NCBI GenBank assembly: GCA_030447275.1
Contig: JAUJPF010000001.1
Coordinates: 90,999 to 154,998, forward strand
DNA length: 64,000 nt
Direction: 5' to 3'
Source of the DNA: Solirubrobacteraceae bacterium
GTDB lineage: Bacteria; Actinomycetota; Thermoleophilia; Solirubrobacterales; Solirubrobacteraceae
A program made the position numbers and the translations under genes. The stretch's first letter is position 1; the number at the start of each line of letters is the position of its first letter. Positions 1 through 8,953 of this stretch are shown one piece after another. The notes under the pieces are model-generated. The model was not told the DNA's origin, did not search any database, and saw only the letters and a program-made list of their open reading frames with translations.

Positions 1-293
1 CCGACTCCACGACGGACGCGAAGGTGCGCAGCGTCACCACGCGCGTGCGCTTCACCTACGACCCGCCGCACCGCGTGAGCTGGACGCAGGAGAAGGGCGA
101 CCTGAAGTCGCTCGACGGCTCCTGGGAGCTGGAGGACGTGGGCGGCGGTCGGACGCGCGCGACCTACCGGCTCGAGGGCGAGCCCGGGCGCGTCCTGGGG
201 ATGCTCGTGCGCGGCCCGGTCCAGGACCGGCTGCGCGGCGTCCTCGTCGGCGGCCGGCCGGAGGAGCTCAGGAGGCGGCTGACGACCGGCTGA
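1..293 (+). CDS. SRPBCC/START-fold (polyketide cyclase/dehydrase-like) protein; 5' end lies outside the window
   Basis: The frame is open from the window edge to the stop at 291-293. The tail SWTQEKGDLKSLDGSWELEDVGGGRTRATYRLEGEPG resembles the C-terminal half of SRPBCC proteins, and third codon positions are GC-rich. Confidence 0.55.
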   Translation, partial: DSTTDAKVRSVTTRVRFTYDPPHRVSWTQEKGDLKSLDGSWELEDVGGGRTRATYRLEGEPGRVLGMLVRGPVQDRLRGVLVGGRPEELRRRLTTG

Positions 294-843
294 ACCGGTT
301 CGTCATGCGGCCGACGCGCTCGGCCGCGCCCTGGAGCGGCTCGACGGTGTCGGCGACCGTCTCCACCGCGTCCTCGAGCTGCTCGACGGTGTCGAGCCCC
401 TCGAGCAGGCGCGGCAGCGCAGCGCGGAACGTCCGCATGTGCGCCTCGAGCAGCTCGCTGACCTCGGTGAGCCGCGCACCGCCCTCGATCAGCTCGCGCG
501 TGTCGCTGTCGAGCACGCGGCCTGTGGCGGTCAGCTCCTCGCCGCCGAGGACGATCTCGCGCGCGTTCGCGTTGACGCGCTTCGTCTCCATCGTCAGCTC
601 GGCGCCGCCGTCGACGATCTCGCGGCCGACCGCGATGATCGAGGCCGCCACCGGAAGCAGCTCCGCCGCCAGCGCGTTGAGCGTCCCGATCTCGGCGATG
701 AGAAGGTCGATGCGCTTGCGGACCTCATCCACGGGATCCGCTTCGCGTTGGGCGCGCTCGGCGATCGTGGCGAGGTCGTCGAGCGCCTGGCCGACGCGCA
801 GCGGCGCGCGGATCGGGGCTAGGAGGATGGAGGAGTGGTCCAC
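268..843 (-). CDS. Hypothetical helical protein with three 21-aa internal repeats (REIVDGGAELT / REIVLGGEELT / RELIEGGARLT)
   Basis: This is the protein-like C-terminal 191 aa of the 268..1485 ORF. A GTG at 843 is preceded by GGAGGA. It lies directly downstream of the ABC1 kinase stop at 899. The start is uncertain. Confidence 0.55.
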   Translation of the reverse strand: MDHSSILLAPIRAPLRVGQALDDLATIAERAQREADPVDEVRKRIDLLIAEIGTLNALAAELLPVAASIIAVGREIVDGGAELTMETKRVNANAREIVLGGEELTATGRVLDSDTRELIEGGARLTEVSELLEAHMRTFRAALPRLLEGLDTVEQLEDAVETVADTVEPLQGAAERVGRMTNRFSRSSAAS

Positions 844-898
844 GTCCTCCGGATACCCGTGCTCGCGGCGGCGGGGCGCAGCGTGGCGCCCCGCCACG

Positions 899-2083
899 TC
901 ATCGTGGCGCCGCGCCGCCCGCCAGCGCCAGCCAGTCCTCGGTCGCGCCGAGGCGCGCGAGCAGCGCGACGAGCTGGCCGAGCATCCGCCCGAGCGCGAG
1001 GTCCTGCGGCGTCGGCGACGCGGCGGTCGCGAGCGTGGCGAGCTGCGGTGCGACGCCCACGGCCCGGTCGGCCGCGGCGACCAGAGCGTCGGTGTCGAGC
1101 GTCGCCGGCCCCGCGAGGAAGCCGGCGAGGACGTCGCGCAGCAGCCCGTGCGCGTCGCGCGCCTGCGCCGCCGGCAGGACGCCGGCGCCGTCGACGAGCG
1201 CGGCGAAGGCCGCGGCGTCGTCGGACGCGAGCGCGCCGAGCGCGTCGAGCGCCTGCTGCGCACGCGCGCGGTCGACGGGTCGCGCGACGCCCATGCCGAG
1301 CAGGGCGAGCGTCCCGTCGGGCTGGACGACGACGTGCCCGGGGCGCGGGTCCACCGGCGCGAGCCCGGCACCGAGCGCGGCCGCGCGGAACGCCGCCACC
1401 AGCGCGCGGGCCGCCGCGCCGGGATCGTCGAGCGCCGCGCCGTCGGCGAGCGTCGTGCCCTCGACCAGGTCGCTGACGAGCACACCCGACGCGCACAGCT
1501 CGAGGTGGGGCCGGGGGACGGTGACGCCGGCGACGCCGCGCAGCGCGCGGGCGACGCGCCGCTGCTGCGACGCCTCGTGCTCGAAGTCGAGCTCGTCCAG
1601 CGCCTGCTCGCGCGCGTCGCGCAGCACGGACCCGGCGTCGATGTTGGGGAACGCGGCGCGCAGCGGCGCGGCGAGCGTGTCGAGCAGCGCGAGGTCGTTG
1701 CGCACCGCGCGTTCGAGCCCGGGGCGGCGGACCTTCACGGCGACGGGTGCGCCGTCGAGCTCGGCCCGGTGGACCTGCGACGCGGGGCGCACCGCGATCG
1801 GGTCGTCGTCGAGGTCGTCGAGCACCTGGCCGGGCGCGCGCCCCCACGCCTCGCGCAGCGCGCGCTCGACGTCGCGCTTCGACACCGGCCCGCCGACCGC
1901 GTCGCGCGCCGCGGCCACCTCGCGCTCGAACGCGGGGCGGAGCTCCGGCGGCAGCGTCGCCGCGTCCACGACGCCCGCCGCGCGAGCGATCGCGACCTGC
2001 GCCGACGGCGCGCGGCGCAGCAGGCCCGCGCCGACGTCGACGAGCGTGCGCAGCGCGGGCGGGAAGTCGAGCCGGGGCGGCAT
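899..2083 (-). CDS. ABC1/UbiB-family atypical protein kinase
   Basis: 394-aa ORF with VAVKVRRPG, a DFEHEA-type segment and the VDPRPGHVVV motif typical of ABC1/AarF kinases. Confidence 0.8.
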   Translation of the reverse strand: MPPRLDFPPALRTLVDVGAGLLRRAPSAQVAIARAAGVVDAATLPPELRPAFEREVAAARDAVGGPVSKRDVERALREAWGRAPGQVLDDLDDDPIAVRPASQVHRAELDGAPVAVKVRRPGLERAVRNDLALLDTLAAPLRAAFPNIDAGSVLRDAREQALDELDFEHEASQQRRVARALRGVAGVTVPRPHLELCASGVLVSDLVEGTTLADGAALDDPGAAARALVAAFRAAALGAGLAPVDPRPGHVVVQPDGTLALLGMGVARPVDRARAQQALDALGALASDDAAAFAALVDGAGVLPAAQARDAHGLLRDVLAGFLAGPATLDTDALVAAADRAVGVAPQLATLATAASPTPQDLALGRMLGQLVALLARLGATEDWLALAGGAAPR

Positions 2084-2120
2084 CCGGCGAGACTGCCCCG
2101 TCGGGGGCCCGCCTACGCCA

Positions 2121-2531
2121 CTAGCCCTCGAGCTCGCTCTCGGCGAGCGCGTCGTCGCCGCTCTCGTGCAGCTCGAGGTGGACGATGCGCCCGTCGCGGA
2201 CCTCGATCAGCAGGCCGTACGGCACGACGACGTCGGGCGTGTGCACGGGCGCGTCGGCGAGGCGCCCGCGCAGCTCGCACGCCGCGACCACGATCCCGCC
2301 GCGGTGGGCGACGACGTCGAGCGTCTCGTGCAGCTCCGACGCGCTGTGGAAGATGCTCAGGTAGTACGGGCGCAGCTCGTCGTGGCCGCGGAACGTCCCC
2401 ATGCTCACCCGCCGGCGGTCGACGACGAGGGCGTCGGACGCGTAGAACCCCATCATCGCGTCGATGTCCATGCGGCTGAACGCCGCGGAGTTCGCCTTCA
2501 CGACGGCGACCGGGTCCTCGGAGTCCGCCAT
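2121..2531 (-). CDS. SnoaL-like / NTF2-fold protein
   Basis: 136 aa with an NTF2-like pattern (AFSRMDIDAMMGFYASDALVVD ... LIEVRDGRIVHLELH). Confidence 0.7.
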   Translation of the reverse strand: MADSEDPVAVVKANSAAFSRMDIDAMMGFYASDALVVDRRRVSMGTFRGHDELRPYYLSIFHSASELHETLDVVAHRGGIVVAACELRGRLADAPVHTPDVVVPYGLLIEVRDGRIVHLELHESGDDALAESELEG

Positions 2532-2570
2532 GCCCGCGAGCCTAGCTCCCGGCCCGTACGGCTCCCCGGC

Positions 2571-3110
2571 TCACGCCCGCTTCAGCGTCCGGAACGTGAT
2601 CGAGTAGCGCAGCGCCTTGGCCTCGGGGATCGAGTGCTGCCACGACCAGCGCGCCTTGCCGCCGAGCACGTACGCCGAGCGCGGCGCCAGCTCGATCGCG
2701 GCCGTCTGGCGCTCGCCCTTGACCGTTCGCTGGAACCGCATGCGGCACGGCGACAGCAGCGAGACGCCCGCGATGCGCGAGCCGAACATCGGCGCGTCGC
2801 GGTGCCAGCCGATGCCGGCGCCCTCCGGGTAGCGCGAGACCAGGATCTGGACGAGGTCCTCTGGCTCGCGCTCGATCAGCGCGGCGCAGCGGTCGCGCAG
2901 GAAGTGCAGCGGCTCGGGGAGCGGATCGCCCGGCCCCAGCTCGCCCGACGCGTACTCGTAGTCGAGGCCGAAGTGGCGGACGGTGCGCCGCGCGGTCTGC
3001 CCGCGCATCGTCAGCGTGCGGAAGTCGAGCGCCTCGACCGCGTCGAGGATCCGCCGCTCCTCCTCGGCGCTGACGAAGTCCTCGACGTAGGTCAGGTCTT
3101 CCGGCAGCAC
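2571..3110 (-). CDS. AlkB-like Fe(II)/2-oxoglutarate dioxygenase
   Basis: 179 aa with the LTYVEDFVSAEEERRIL N-terminus, GWHRDAP (HxD) and RYSITFR, typical of the AlkB/2OG-FeII_Oxy_2 family. Confidence 0.8.
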   Translation of the reverse strand: MLPEDLTYVEDFVSAEEERRILDAVEALDFRTLTMRGQTARRTVRHFGLDYEYASGELGPGDPLPEPLHFLRDRCAALIEREPEDLVQILVSRYPEGAGIGWHRDAPMFGSRIAGVSLLSPCRMRFQRTVKGERQTAAIELAPRSAYVLGGKARWSWQHSIPEAKALRYSITFRTLKRA

Positions 3111-3151
3111 ACCGGCGGAGCTACCCGCCCTCGCGCCCTACCCTCTGCCAC

Positions 3152-3613
3152 ATGACCGCCGACGACCGCTCGCCGGCCGAGCGGCTGCTGGACCGCAACC
3201 GCGATCCCGAGGACAGCGGCCGCTCGCTGTCGCGCCACGCCCGCCAGTACCAGCGGACGCTCGAGGGCTACCTCCAGGCCGGGCACCGGCCGCGGTGGAT
3301 GGAGCGCCTGGCCGAGATCGACCTGGAGACGGGGCGCGAGCGGCGCCGGCTCGAGCGCGCGCACCGCGGCCTGCGCGAGGAGTGCGGCGACGACGATGTC
3401 GACTTCGCGCGCCGCTGGCGGGCCGTCGCCCGGGCGTGGCCGTTCGACGACGTCAACGAGCTGATCCGCCAGCACAACGACTGGTACCCGATCGAGCGCA
3501 ACCTCCCGGTGGACCCGCGCACCCGCGACTACGTCCTCATCCACGGCCGCTCGTACCGGCGCGACCCGCTCGACGCCGCCTGGGTGCTCGCGCAGTTCCC
3601 CGCCGAGGGCTAG
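3152..3613 (+). CDS. Hypothetical protein (conserved-looking, acidic/basic helical)
   Basis: 153-aa ORF with normal composition. Its stop abuts the ATG of the kinase gene (TAG-ATG at 3611-3616), suggesting an operon. Confidence 0.6.
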   Translation: MTADDRSPAERLLDRNRDPEDSGRSLSRHARQYQRTLEGYLQAGHRPRWMERLAEIDLETGRERRRLERAHRGLREECGDDDVDFARRWRAVARAWPFDDVNELIRQHNDWYPIERNLPVDPRTRDYVLIHGRSYRRDPLDAAWVLAQFPAEG

Positions 3614-5077
3614 ATGGAGCGCCCGGGCACCGTCCTCGCCGGCCGCTACCGCGTGGAGCGTCATGTCGGGTCGGGCGGGATGGGCACCGTCTACCTCGCC
3701 CGCGACGAGGTCCTCGACCGCAACGTCGCCGTCAAGGCCGTCCACGCCGAGCCCGACTCCGAGCACGGCCGGCGGATCATGCGCGAGGCGCGGCTCGGTG
3801 CCGGGCTGCGCCATCCGCAGCTCGTCACGGTCTACGACGTCGTCCCGCAGGAGGGCTCGATCCTGCTCATCACCGAGTACGTGGAGGGGCAGACGCTCGC
3901 CGACGCGCTGCGCCGCGGGCCGCTCGACCCGCCGCGCGCGCTCCAGGTGCTGCGGGCCGTCGCGGGGGCGCTCGACCACGCCCACCACCAGGGGATCGTG
4001 CACCGCGACGTCAAGCCGGCGAACGTGCTGGTGGGGGAGGGAGGCCGGGCGAAGCTCGCCGACCTCGGGATCGCGACCGCGTCCGACGCGACGAAGATCA
4101 CCCGCACCGGCGGGACCCTCGGCACCGTCGCCTACATGGCGCCCGAGCAGTTCGAGCCCGGGCCGGCGACGCCCGCCGCCGACGTCTACGCGCTCACGGC
4201 GGTGGCGTTCGAGATGCTCGCGGGGCGGCGTCCGTACCCCGGAGCGACCGCGTTCGAGGTCTTCGAGCGGCTGCGCGCGGGCGGGTCGCCGCCGGACGTG
4301 CGCGAGGCCCGGCCCGACCTACCGCCCGCCGTCGGAGAGGCGCTGGCCCGCGGGATGGCGACCGATCCGGCGGCTCGCCCCGCGACCGCCGGCGCACTCG
4401 TAGACGAGCTGGAGGCGGCGCTCGCGCCGGAGGTCGAGGCGCAGCCCGTCGCCGCGCCCCCTCCGTCACCGCCTCCGGCCCCGGACGACACGCGGCAGAT
4501 GGAGCCCGTGACCCCGCGACCTTCGCCGCCGCGCGACGACCCTCCCCGCCCGCGGCGCCGCCACGCGGCGCTCGCCCCGCTCGCGCTCCTCGGCCTCGTC
4601 GCGGTGGTCGTGGCCATCGTGCTCGCCCCGTCGGGCGGCGACGGCGAGCCCGAGCCGGCGCAGCGCGCCGACCAGCCGGCCACGACGACGACGGAGGCCC
4701 AGACGCAGCCGCCCGGGCCCACCACCGCCGCAGCGCCCAAGGCACCGCGCACCCCCGTCGACTCCGTCCGCGCCTTCTACGAGCGCGCCGCCGAGGGCGA
4801 CCTCGCCGGAGCCTGGCGGCTCGCCGGCCCCCGCCTCCGCGCGGACTTCGGCAACAGCCTCGACGCGTTCAGCGGCGATCTCGGCTCGCTGCGCTCGATC
4901 ACCTTTCGCCGGATCGAGCAGGAGGGGACGGCGGGGGAGACGGCCACCGTCGCGCTCGAGACCGTCGCCGAGCACACCGACCGCACGGATCGGTGCAGCG
5001 GGACGGTTCAGACCGTCCGCAACGCGAAGGGCCGCTGGCTGGTCGAGCCCTACGGCGTGAGCTGCGACTCCTCCTGA
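3614..5077 (+). CDS. Ser/Thr protein kinase with Pro-rich linker, one TM helix and an extracytoplasmic C-terminal domain
   Basis: Hanks-kinase motifs GSGGMGTVYLA, VAVK, HRDVKPANVLV, DLGIA and GTVAYMAPE. TM segment ALAPLALLGLVAVVVAIVLA. Confidence 0.92.
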   Translation: MERPGTVLAGRYRVERHVGSGGMGTVYLARDEVLDRNVAVKAVHAEPDSEHGRRIMREARLGAGLRHPQLVTVYDVVPQEGSILLITEYVEGQTLADALRRGPLDPPRALQVLRAVAGALDHAHHQGIVHRDVKPANVLVGEGGRAKLADLGIATASDATKITRTGGTLGTVAYMAPEQFEPGPATPAADVYALTAVAFEMLAGRRPYPGATAFEVFERLRAGGSPPDVREARPDLPPAVGEALARGMATDPAARPATAGALVDELEAALAPEVEAQPVAAPPPSPPPAPDDTRQMEPVTPRPSPPRDDPPRPRRRHAALAPLALLGLVAVVVAIVLAPSGGDGEPEPAQRADQPATTTTEAQTQPPGPTTAAAPKAPRTPVDSVRAFYERAAEGDLAGAWRLAGPRLRADFGNSLDAFSGDLGSLRSITFRRIEQEGTAGETATVALETVAEHTDRTDRCSGTVQTVRNAKGRWLVEPYGVSCDSS

Positions 5078-5095
5078 GCGGGTACACCGGTCAGG

Positions 5096-6649
5096 GTGAG
5101 CGGCGTCTCGCTGCACGGATCGACGCATCCCATGGGCGAGCTGGCGGAGCGGCTGCCCGCGGTCCTCTTCGTGGCCGAGCACGGCCGGCCGACGTACGTC
5201 AGCCCCGCGGCGACCACGCTGCTCGGCAACCCGCCGGAGCACTACCTCGCCGATCCCATCGCGTGGGAGCGCGATCGCGTGACGCTCCACGAGATCTCGA
5301 ACACGGTCAAAGAGGACGGCACGCGCCGCACGTACGGCGCGCTCGTCGCCGCGAACCCGGCGCTCGACCCGCTCACCGACCTCCCGGCCCGCGGCCTGCT
5401 GCTGGAGCACGTCCGCGCCGCGGTCGCCCGCTCCCGCCCGGCCGATACGACCGTCGCCGTCCTGCACGCTGGGCTCGACCGCCTCGACCTCGTCGCCGCC
5501 GGCCTCGGCCGCGACGCGTACGAGGCCGTGATCCGCGAGGTCGCGCGGCGCGTCCGCGACGCGATGCCCGAGACGGCGATCGTCGCGAGCCTCGCGGACG
5601 GCGAGCTTGCCGGGCTGCTCGCCGACATCGAGGGCGACCCGACCACGTTCGTCGAGGCGGCGGCCGGGCACGTCATCGTCGCCGCCGGCCGGCCGCTCGA
5701 GGTCGACGGCGAGCGGTTCGAGCTGACCGCACGCGTCGGGGCGAGCGTCCTCGCGGCCGACGCCGCCGACGAGCACGCGCTGCTGCGCCACGCCGACGCG
5801 GCGATGCGCGCCGCCCGTCGCGGCGACGGCAACCGCGTGCTCTTCTACGAGGGCGGGACCGCCGACGCGCTCGAGCGGCTGCTCATGACCGGCCGCCTGC
5901 GCCGCGCGGTCGACGAGGGCGAGCTGCTGCTGCACTTCCAGCCGATCTTCCGGCTGCCCGCCGGGAGCGTCGTCGCCGTCGAGGCGCTGCTGCGCTGGCG
6001 CGACCCCGACCGCGGGCTCGTTCCTCCGCTCGACTTCATCCCCGTCGCGGAGTACACGGGCATGATCGAGCCGATCGGCCACTGGGTCGTCGAGACGTGC
6101 TGCGCGCAGTCGGCGGCGTGGCGGGCCGCCGGCCTCGACGTGCCGGTGAGCTTCAACGTCTCGCCGCGCCAGTTCCGCGACCCGGCGTTCGTCGACGTCA
6201 TCGAGTGCGAGGTCGAGCGCCACGGGATCCCCGCGTCCGCGCTCATCGTCGAGGTCACCGAGTCGGTGGCGATGCGCGAGCCCGCGTGCGTCGAGCCGGT
6301 GCTCGAGCGGCTGCGCGGGCTCGGCGTCCGGCTGGCCATCGACGACTTCGGCGCGGGCTACTCGTCGCTCGCGCGGCTGCGCGAGCTGGAGGTCGACCTG
6401 CTGAAGATCGACCGCACCTTCATGGCCGAGGCGGCGACCGATCCGCGCGCGGGGCGGCTCGTGGGTGCGGCGCTCGACCTCGCCGCGGCGCTCGACATGT
6501 CAGCCGTCGCCGAGGGCGTCGAGACGGAGCAGCAGCGGCGCTTCCTCGTCGACCGCGGGTGCGCCCTGGCCCAGGGCTTCCACCTCGCGCGGCCGCTTCC
6601 GGCGGCCGAGGCGACCGCGCTGCTCTCCGCCGCGCCCGGCGACGGTTGA
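5096..6649 (+). CDS. PAS-like / degenerate GGDEF / EAL domain protein (probable c-di-GMP phosphodiesterase)
   Basis: EAL-domain motifs EALLRW, DDFGAGYSSL, KIDRTF, AEGVET and QGF are present. The GGDEF site reads LADGEL (degenerate). An alternative start is the ATG at 5132. Confidence 0.88.
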   Translation: MSGVSLHGSTHPMGELAERLPAVLFVAEHGRPTYVSPAATTLLGNPPEHYLADPIAWERDRVTLHEISNTVKEDGTRRTYGALVAANPALDPLTDLPARGLLLEHVRAAVARSRPADTTVAVLHAGLDRLDLVAAGLGRDAYEAVIREVARRVRDAMPETAIVASLADGELAGLLADIEGDPTTFVEAAAGHVIVAAGRPLEVDGERFELTARVGASVLAADAADEHALLRHADAAMRAARRGDGNRVLFYEGGTADALERLLMTGRLRRAVDEGELLLHFQPIFRLPAGSVVAVEALLRWRDPDRGLVPPLDFIPVAEYTGMIEPIGHWVVETCCAQSAAWRAAGLDVPVSFNVSPRQFRDPAFVDVIECEVERHGIPASALIVEVTESVAMREPACVEPVLERLRGLGVRLAIDDFGAGYSSLARLRELEVDLLKIDRTFMAEAATDPRAGRLVGAALDLAAALDMSAVAEGVETEQQRRFLVDRGCALAQGFHLARPLPAAEATALLSAAPGDG

Positions 6650-6679
6650 GAACCGCCGCGCCGGGCAGGACGAGCGCCC

Positions 6680-7861
6680 ATGAAGGCAGTGGCTTGGCAC
6701 GGCAGGCGCGACGTCCGCGTGGACGAGGTCCCCGATCCGAAGATCGAGGAGCCGACCGACGCGATCGTCCGCATCACGACGACCGCCCTGTGCGGTTCCG
6801 ACCTCCATCTCTACGAGGTCCTCGGCCCGTTCATCCGCGAGGGCATGATCCTCGGCCACGAGCCGATGGGGATCGTCGAGGAGGTCGGCTCCGCGGTCAC
6901 CAACCTCAAGCCCGGCGACCGCGTCGTGATGCCGTTCCAGATCTCCTGCGGCACGTGCTTCATGTGCGACCAGGGCCTCCAGACGCAGTGCGAGACGACG
7001 CAGACGCGCGAGGAGGGCCGCGGGGCGATGCTCTTCGGCTACACGCGGCTCTACGGCGACAAGGACGGCGGTCAGGCCGAGTACCTGCGCGTTCCCCAGG
7101 CCCAGTACACGCACATCAAGGTGCCGGAGGGCCCGCCCGACGAGCGCTTCGTCTACCTGTCCGACGTCCTGCCCACTGCGTGGCAGGCGGTCGAGTACGC
7201 GAGCGTGCCCGACGGCGGCAGCGTGTGCATCCTCGGCCTAGGGCCGATCGGCGACATGTCGGCGCGGATCGCGATGCACAAGGGCTACCGGGTCATCGGC
7301 GTCGACCTCGTCGACGAGCGCCTCCAGCGCGTCTCGGAGCGCGGGGCGGAAACCGTGGACCTGCGCGAGGTCGACGACGTCGGCGAGGCGGTTCGCGAGC
7401 TGACCGACGGCCGCGGCACCGACGCGGTGATCGACGCCGTCGGGATGGAGGCGCACGGGTCGCCGGGCGCCGCGATCGCCCACCGGATGGTCGGGCTGCT
7501 GCCGGACTTCCTCGGCGAGCAGGTCATGAACAAGGCCGGGATCGACAAGCTCAACGCGGTCTACACCGCGATCGACGTCGTCCGCCGCGGCGGCACGATC
7601 AGCCTCAGCGGCGTCTACGGCGGCATGGCCGACCCGCTCCCGCTGCTGACGATGTTCGACAAGCAGATCCAGTTCCGGATGGGCCAGGCGAACGTCAAGC
7701 ACTGGGTCGACGAGCTCATGCCGCTCGTCCTCGACGACGCCGACCCGCTGGGCGTGGAGAACTTCCACACCCACGCGGTCCCGCTCGACGAGGCGCCGCA
7801 GGCCTACGAGACGTTCCAGAAGAAGCGCGACGGCGCGATCAAGTACCTGTTCAAGCCGTAG
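6680..7861 (+). CDS. Zinc-dependent alcohol/formaldehyde dehydrogenase family protein
   Basis: Motifs CGSDLH, GHEPMGIVEEVG and the structural-zinc Cys cluster CGTCFMCDQGLQTQC. 393 aa. Confidence 0.9.
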   Translation: MKAVAWHGRRDVRVDEVPDPKIEEPTDAIVRITTTALCGSDLHLYEVLGPFIREGMILGHEPMGIVEEVGSAVTNLKPGDRVVMPFQISCGTCFMCDQGLQTQCETTQTREEGRGAMLFGYTRLYGDKDGGQAEYLRVPQAQYTHIKVPEGPPDERFVYLSDVLPTAWQAVEYASVPDGGSVCILGLGPIGDMSARIAMHKGYRVIGVDLVDERLQRVSERGAETVDLREVDDVGEAVRELTDGRGTDAVIDAVGMEAHGSPGAAIAHRMVGLLPDFLGEQVMNKAGIDKLNAVYTAIDVVRRGGTISLSGVYGGMADPLPLLTMFDKQIQFRMGQANVKHWVDELMPLVLDDADPLGVENFHTHAVPLDEAPQAYETFQKKRDGAIKYLFKP

Positions 7862-7872
7862 GGGCCGGCGGG

Positions 7873-7892
7873 ACGGGAGCATCCGCTCCCGT
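7873..7892 (+). terminator. GC-rich hairpin just after the dehydrogenase stop
   Basis: ACGGGAGC-ATCC-GCTCCCGT forms an 8-bp perfect stem with a 4-nt loop, 12 nt after the stop. There is no U-tract, which is usual for high-GC genomes. Confidence 0.4.
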
Positions 7893-8174
7893 GCCATCGT
7901 CGCGGGAGATGGCGTTCTCGCCGAACTGGGACTGGAGCCCCGAGCTCGACCGGACCGCGCGGGGCGAGCACGACGACGCGGCTGAGGGACCTGCTGCGGT
8001 GGCAGGGGTTCTCGTCGTTCATGGCGCCGGCGGACCTCGCCGCCGCCGCCGACGCGCGCGAGCTGGCCATGAGCCGGATGCAGGGGGAGGCGGAGGCGCT
8101 CGGCGCGGACGGGATCGTCGGCGTCGAGCTGGCCGAGGCCCTCCCATCCCCAGCCCCGGGCGCGGGTCGATCGC

Positions 8175-8384
8175 GTGACCGTCGACCTCGGCGCGCGCCG
8201 CTTCGTGCTCCGCCGCGAGCACCGCCACCTCGTCGCCGAGATCGAGACGAGGGTCCACGACATGCGCCGCCGCACGGAGCGCGTCACCTTCGGCGCATGG
8301 CTGGCCGCCCTCCGGGTCGCGCTCGAGGAGCACGCCGCGGAGAGCGCCGAGTCCCGCGCCGCGCTCGACCAGCTCCTGCGATGA
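8175..8384 (+). CDS. Small hypothetical protein (69 aa)
   Basis: GTG-started ORF with strongly GC-rich third positions and a helical, non-repetitive sequence (HLVAEIETRVHDMRRRTERVTFGAWLAALRVALEEH). No family recognised. Confidence 0.35.
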   Translation: MTVDLGARRFVLRREHRHLVAEIETRVHDMRRRTERVTFGAWLAALRVALEEHAAESAESRAALDQLLR

Positions 8385-8414
8385 GTTTCCGCCGCCGCCC
8401 GGGTCGAAGGGAAC

Positions 8415-8816
8415 ATGAGCGATCTCACGCAGACCCCCACCACCCTCTCGAACATCGGCGTCGCCATGTTCACCGTGTCCGACCAGGACGAGGCGATCGC
8501 GTTCTACACGGAGAAGCTCGGCTTCGAGCTGCGCGCCGACACGCCGTTCGGCGAGAACGGCGAGATGCGCTGGATCGAGGTGGCCCCTCCCGGTTCGACC
8601 GCGCGGCTGGCCCTGAACCCGCCGATGCAGGACGAGCCCGGCGGCAGCTCGATCGGCGTCGAGACGACCGACGTCCTCGGCGAGCACGCCCGGCTGAGCG
8701 CCATCGGCGGGATCGACCTCGACCCGGAGCCGATGCGCGTCCCCGGCGCGCCGCTGATGTTCATGCTGCGCGACCCGGACCGCAACCACGTCGTGGTGGT
8801 CGCGGCGGCGCAGTAG
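8415..8816 (+). CDS. VOC (glyoxalase/bleomycin-resistance/dioxygenase) family protein
   Basis: 133 aa. Motifs IGVAMFTVSDQDEAIAFYTEKLGFEL ... FMLRDPDRNHVVV match the VOC fold pattern. Confidence 0.8.
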   Translation: MSDLTQTPTTLSNIGVAMFTVSDQDEAIAFYTEKLGFELRADTPFGENGEMRWIEVAPPGSTARLALNPPMQDEPGGSSIGVETTDVLGEHARLSAIGGIDLDPEPMRVPGAPLMFMLRDPDRNHVVVVAAAQ

Positions 8817-8837
8817 CCCGCGGAGGGAGAGGGCTGG

Positions 8838-8953
8838 GTGCACAACGCTCCACGCGACGACCGATCGGCCGCGCGTGGAGCGTTACGCACACCATGCGGA
8901 ACGAACTGGCCACGCACGAAAACAGGACCCCGCGCGTGGAGCGTTACGCACAC
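8838..8953. repeat. Inverted repeat plus 24-nt direct repeat in a convergent intergenic region
   Basis: Left arm 8838-8856 (GTGCACAACGCTCCACGCG) pairs 17/19 with 8872-8890. The loop contains the palindrome CCGATCGG. CCGCGCGTGGAGCGTTACGCACAC occurs identically at 8869-8892 and 8930-8953. Confidence 0.8.

Noticed and set aside
305-3155. Long + strand ORFs 305..2479 and 1035..3155 (724 and 706 aa)
   Set aside because: They are antisense or out of frame to the ABC1 kinase, SnoaL and AlkB genes. Their composition is Arg/Ala/Ser-rich junk and no motifs are present.
3295-8178. 1627-aa ORF spanning several genes on the + strand
   Set aside because: The translation is almost pure Arg/Ala/Pro/Gly low-complexity sequence. 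It runs out of frame across well-supported genes (kinase, EAL protein, dehydrogenase). This is a typical high-GC stop-codon-poor artefact.
8838-8953. CRISPR-like array
   Set aside because: There are only two direct copies plus one inverted partial copy, and the 61-nt spacing occurs once. No cas genes were recognised anywhere in the window.
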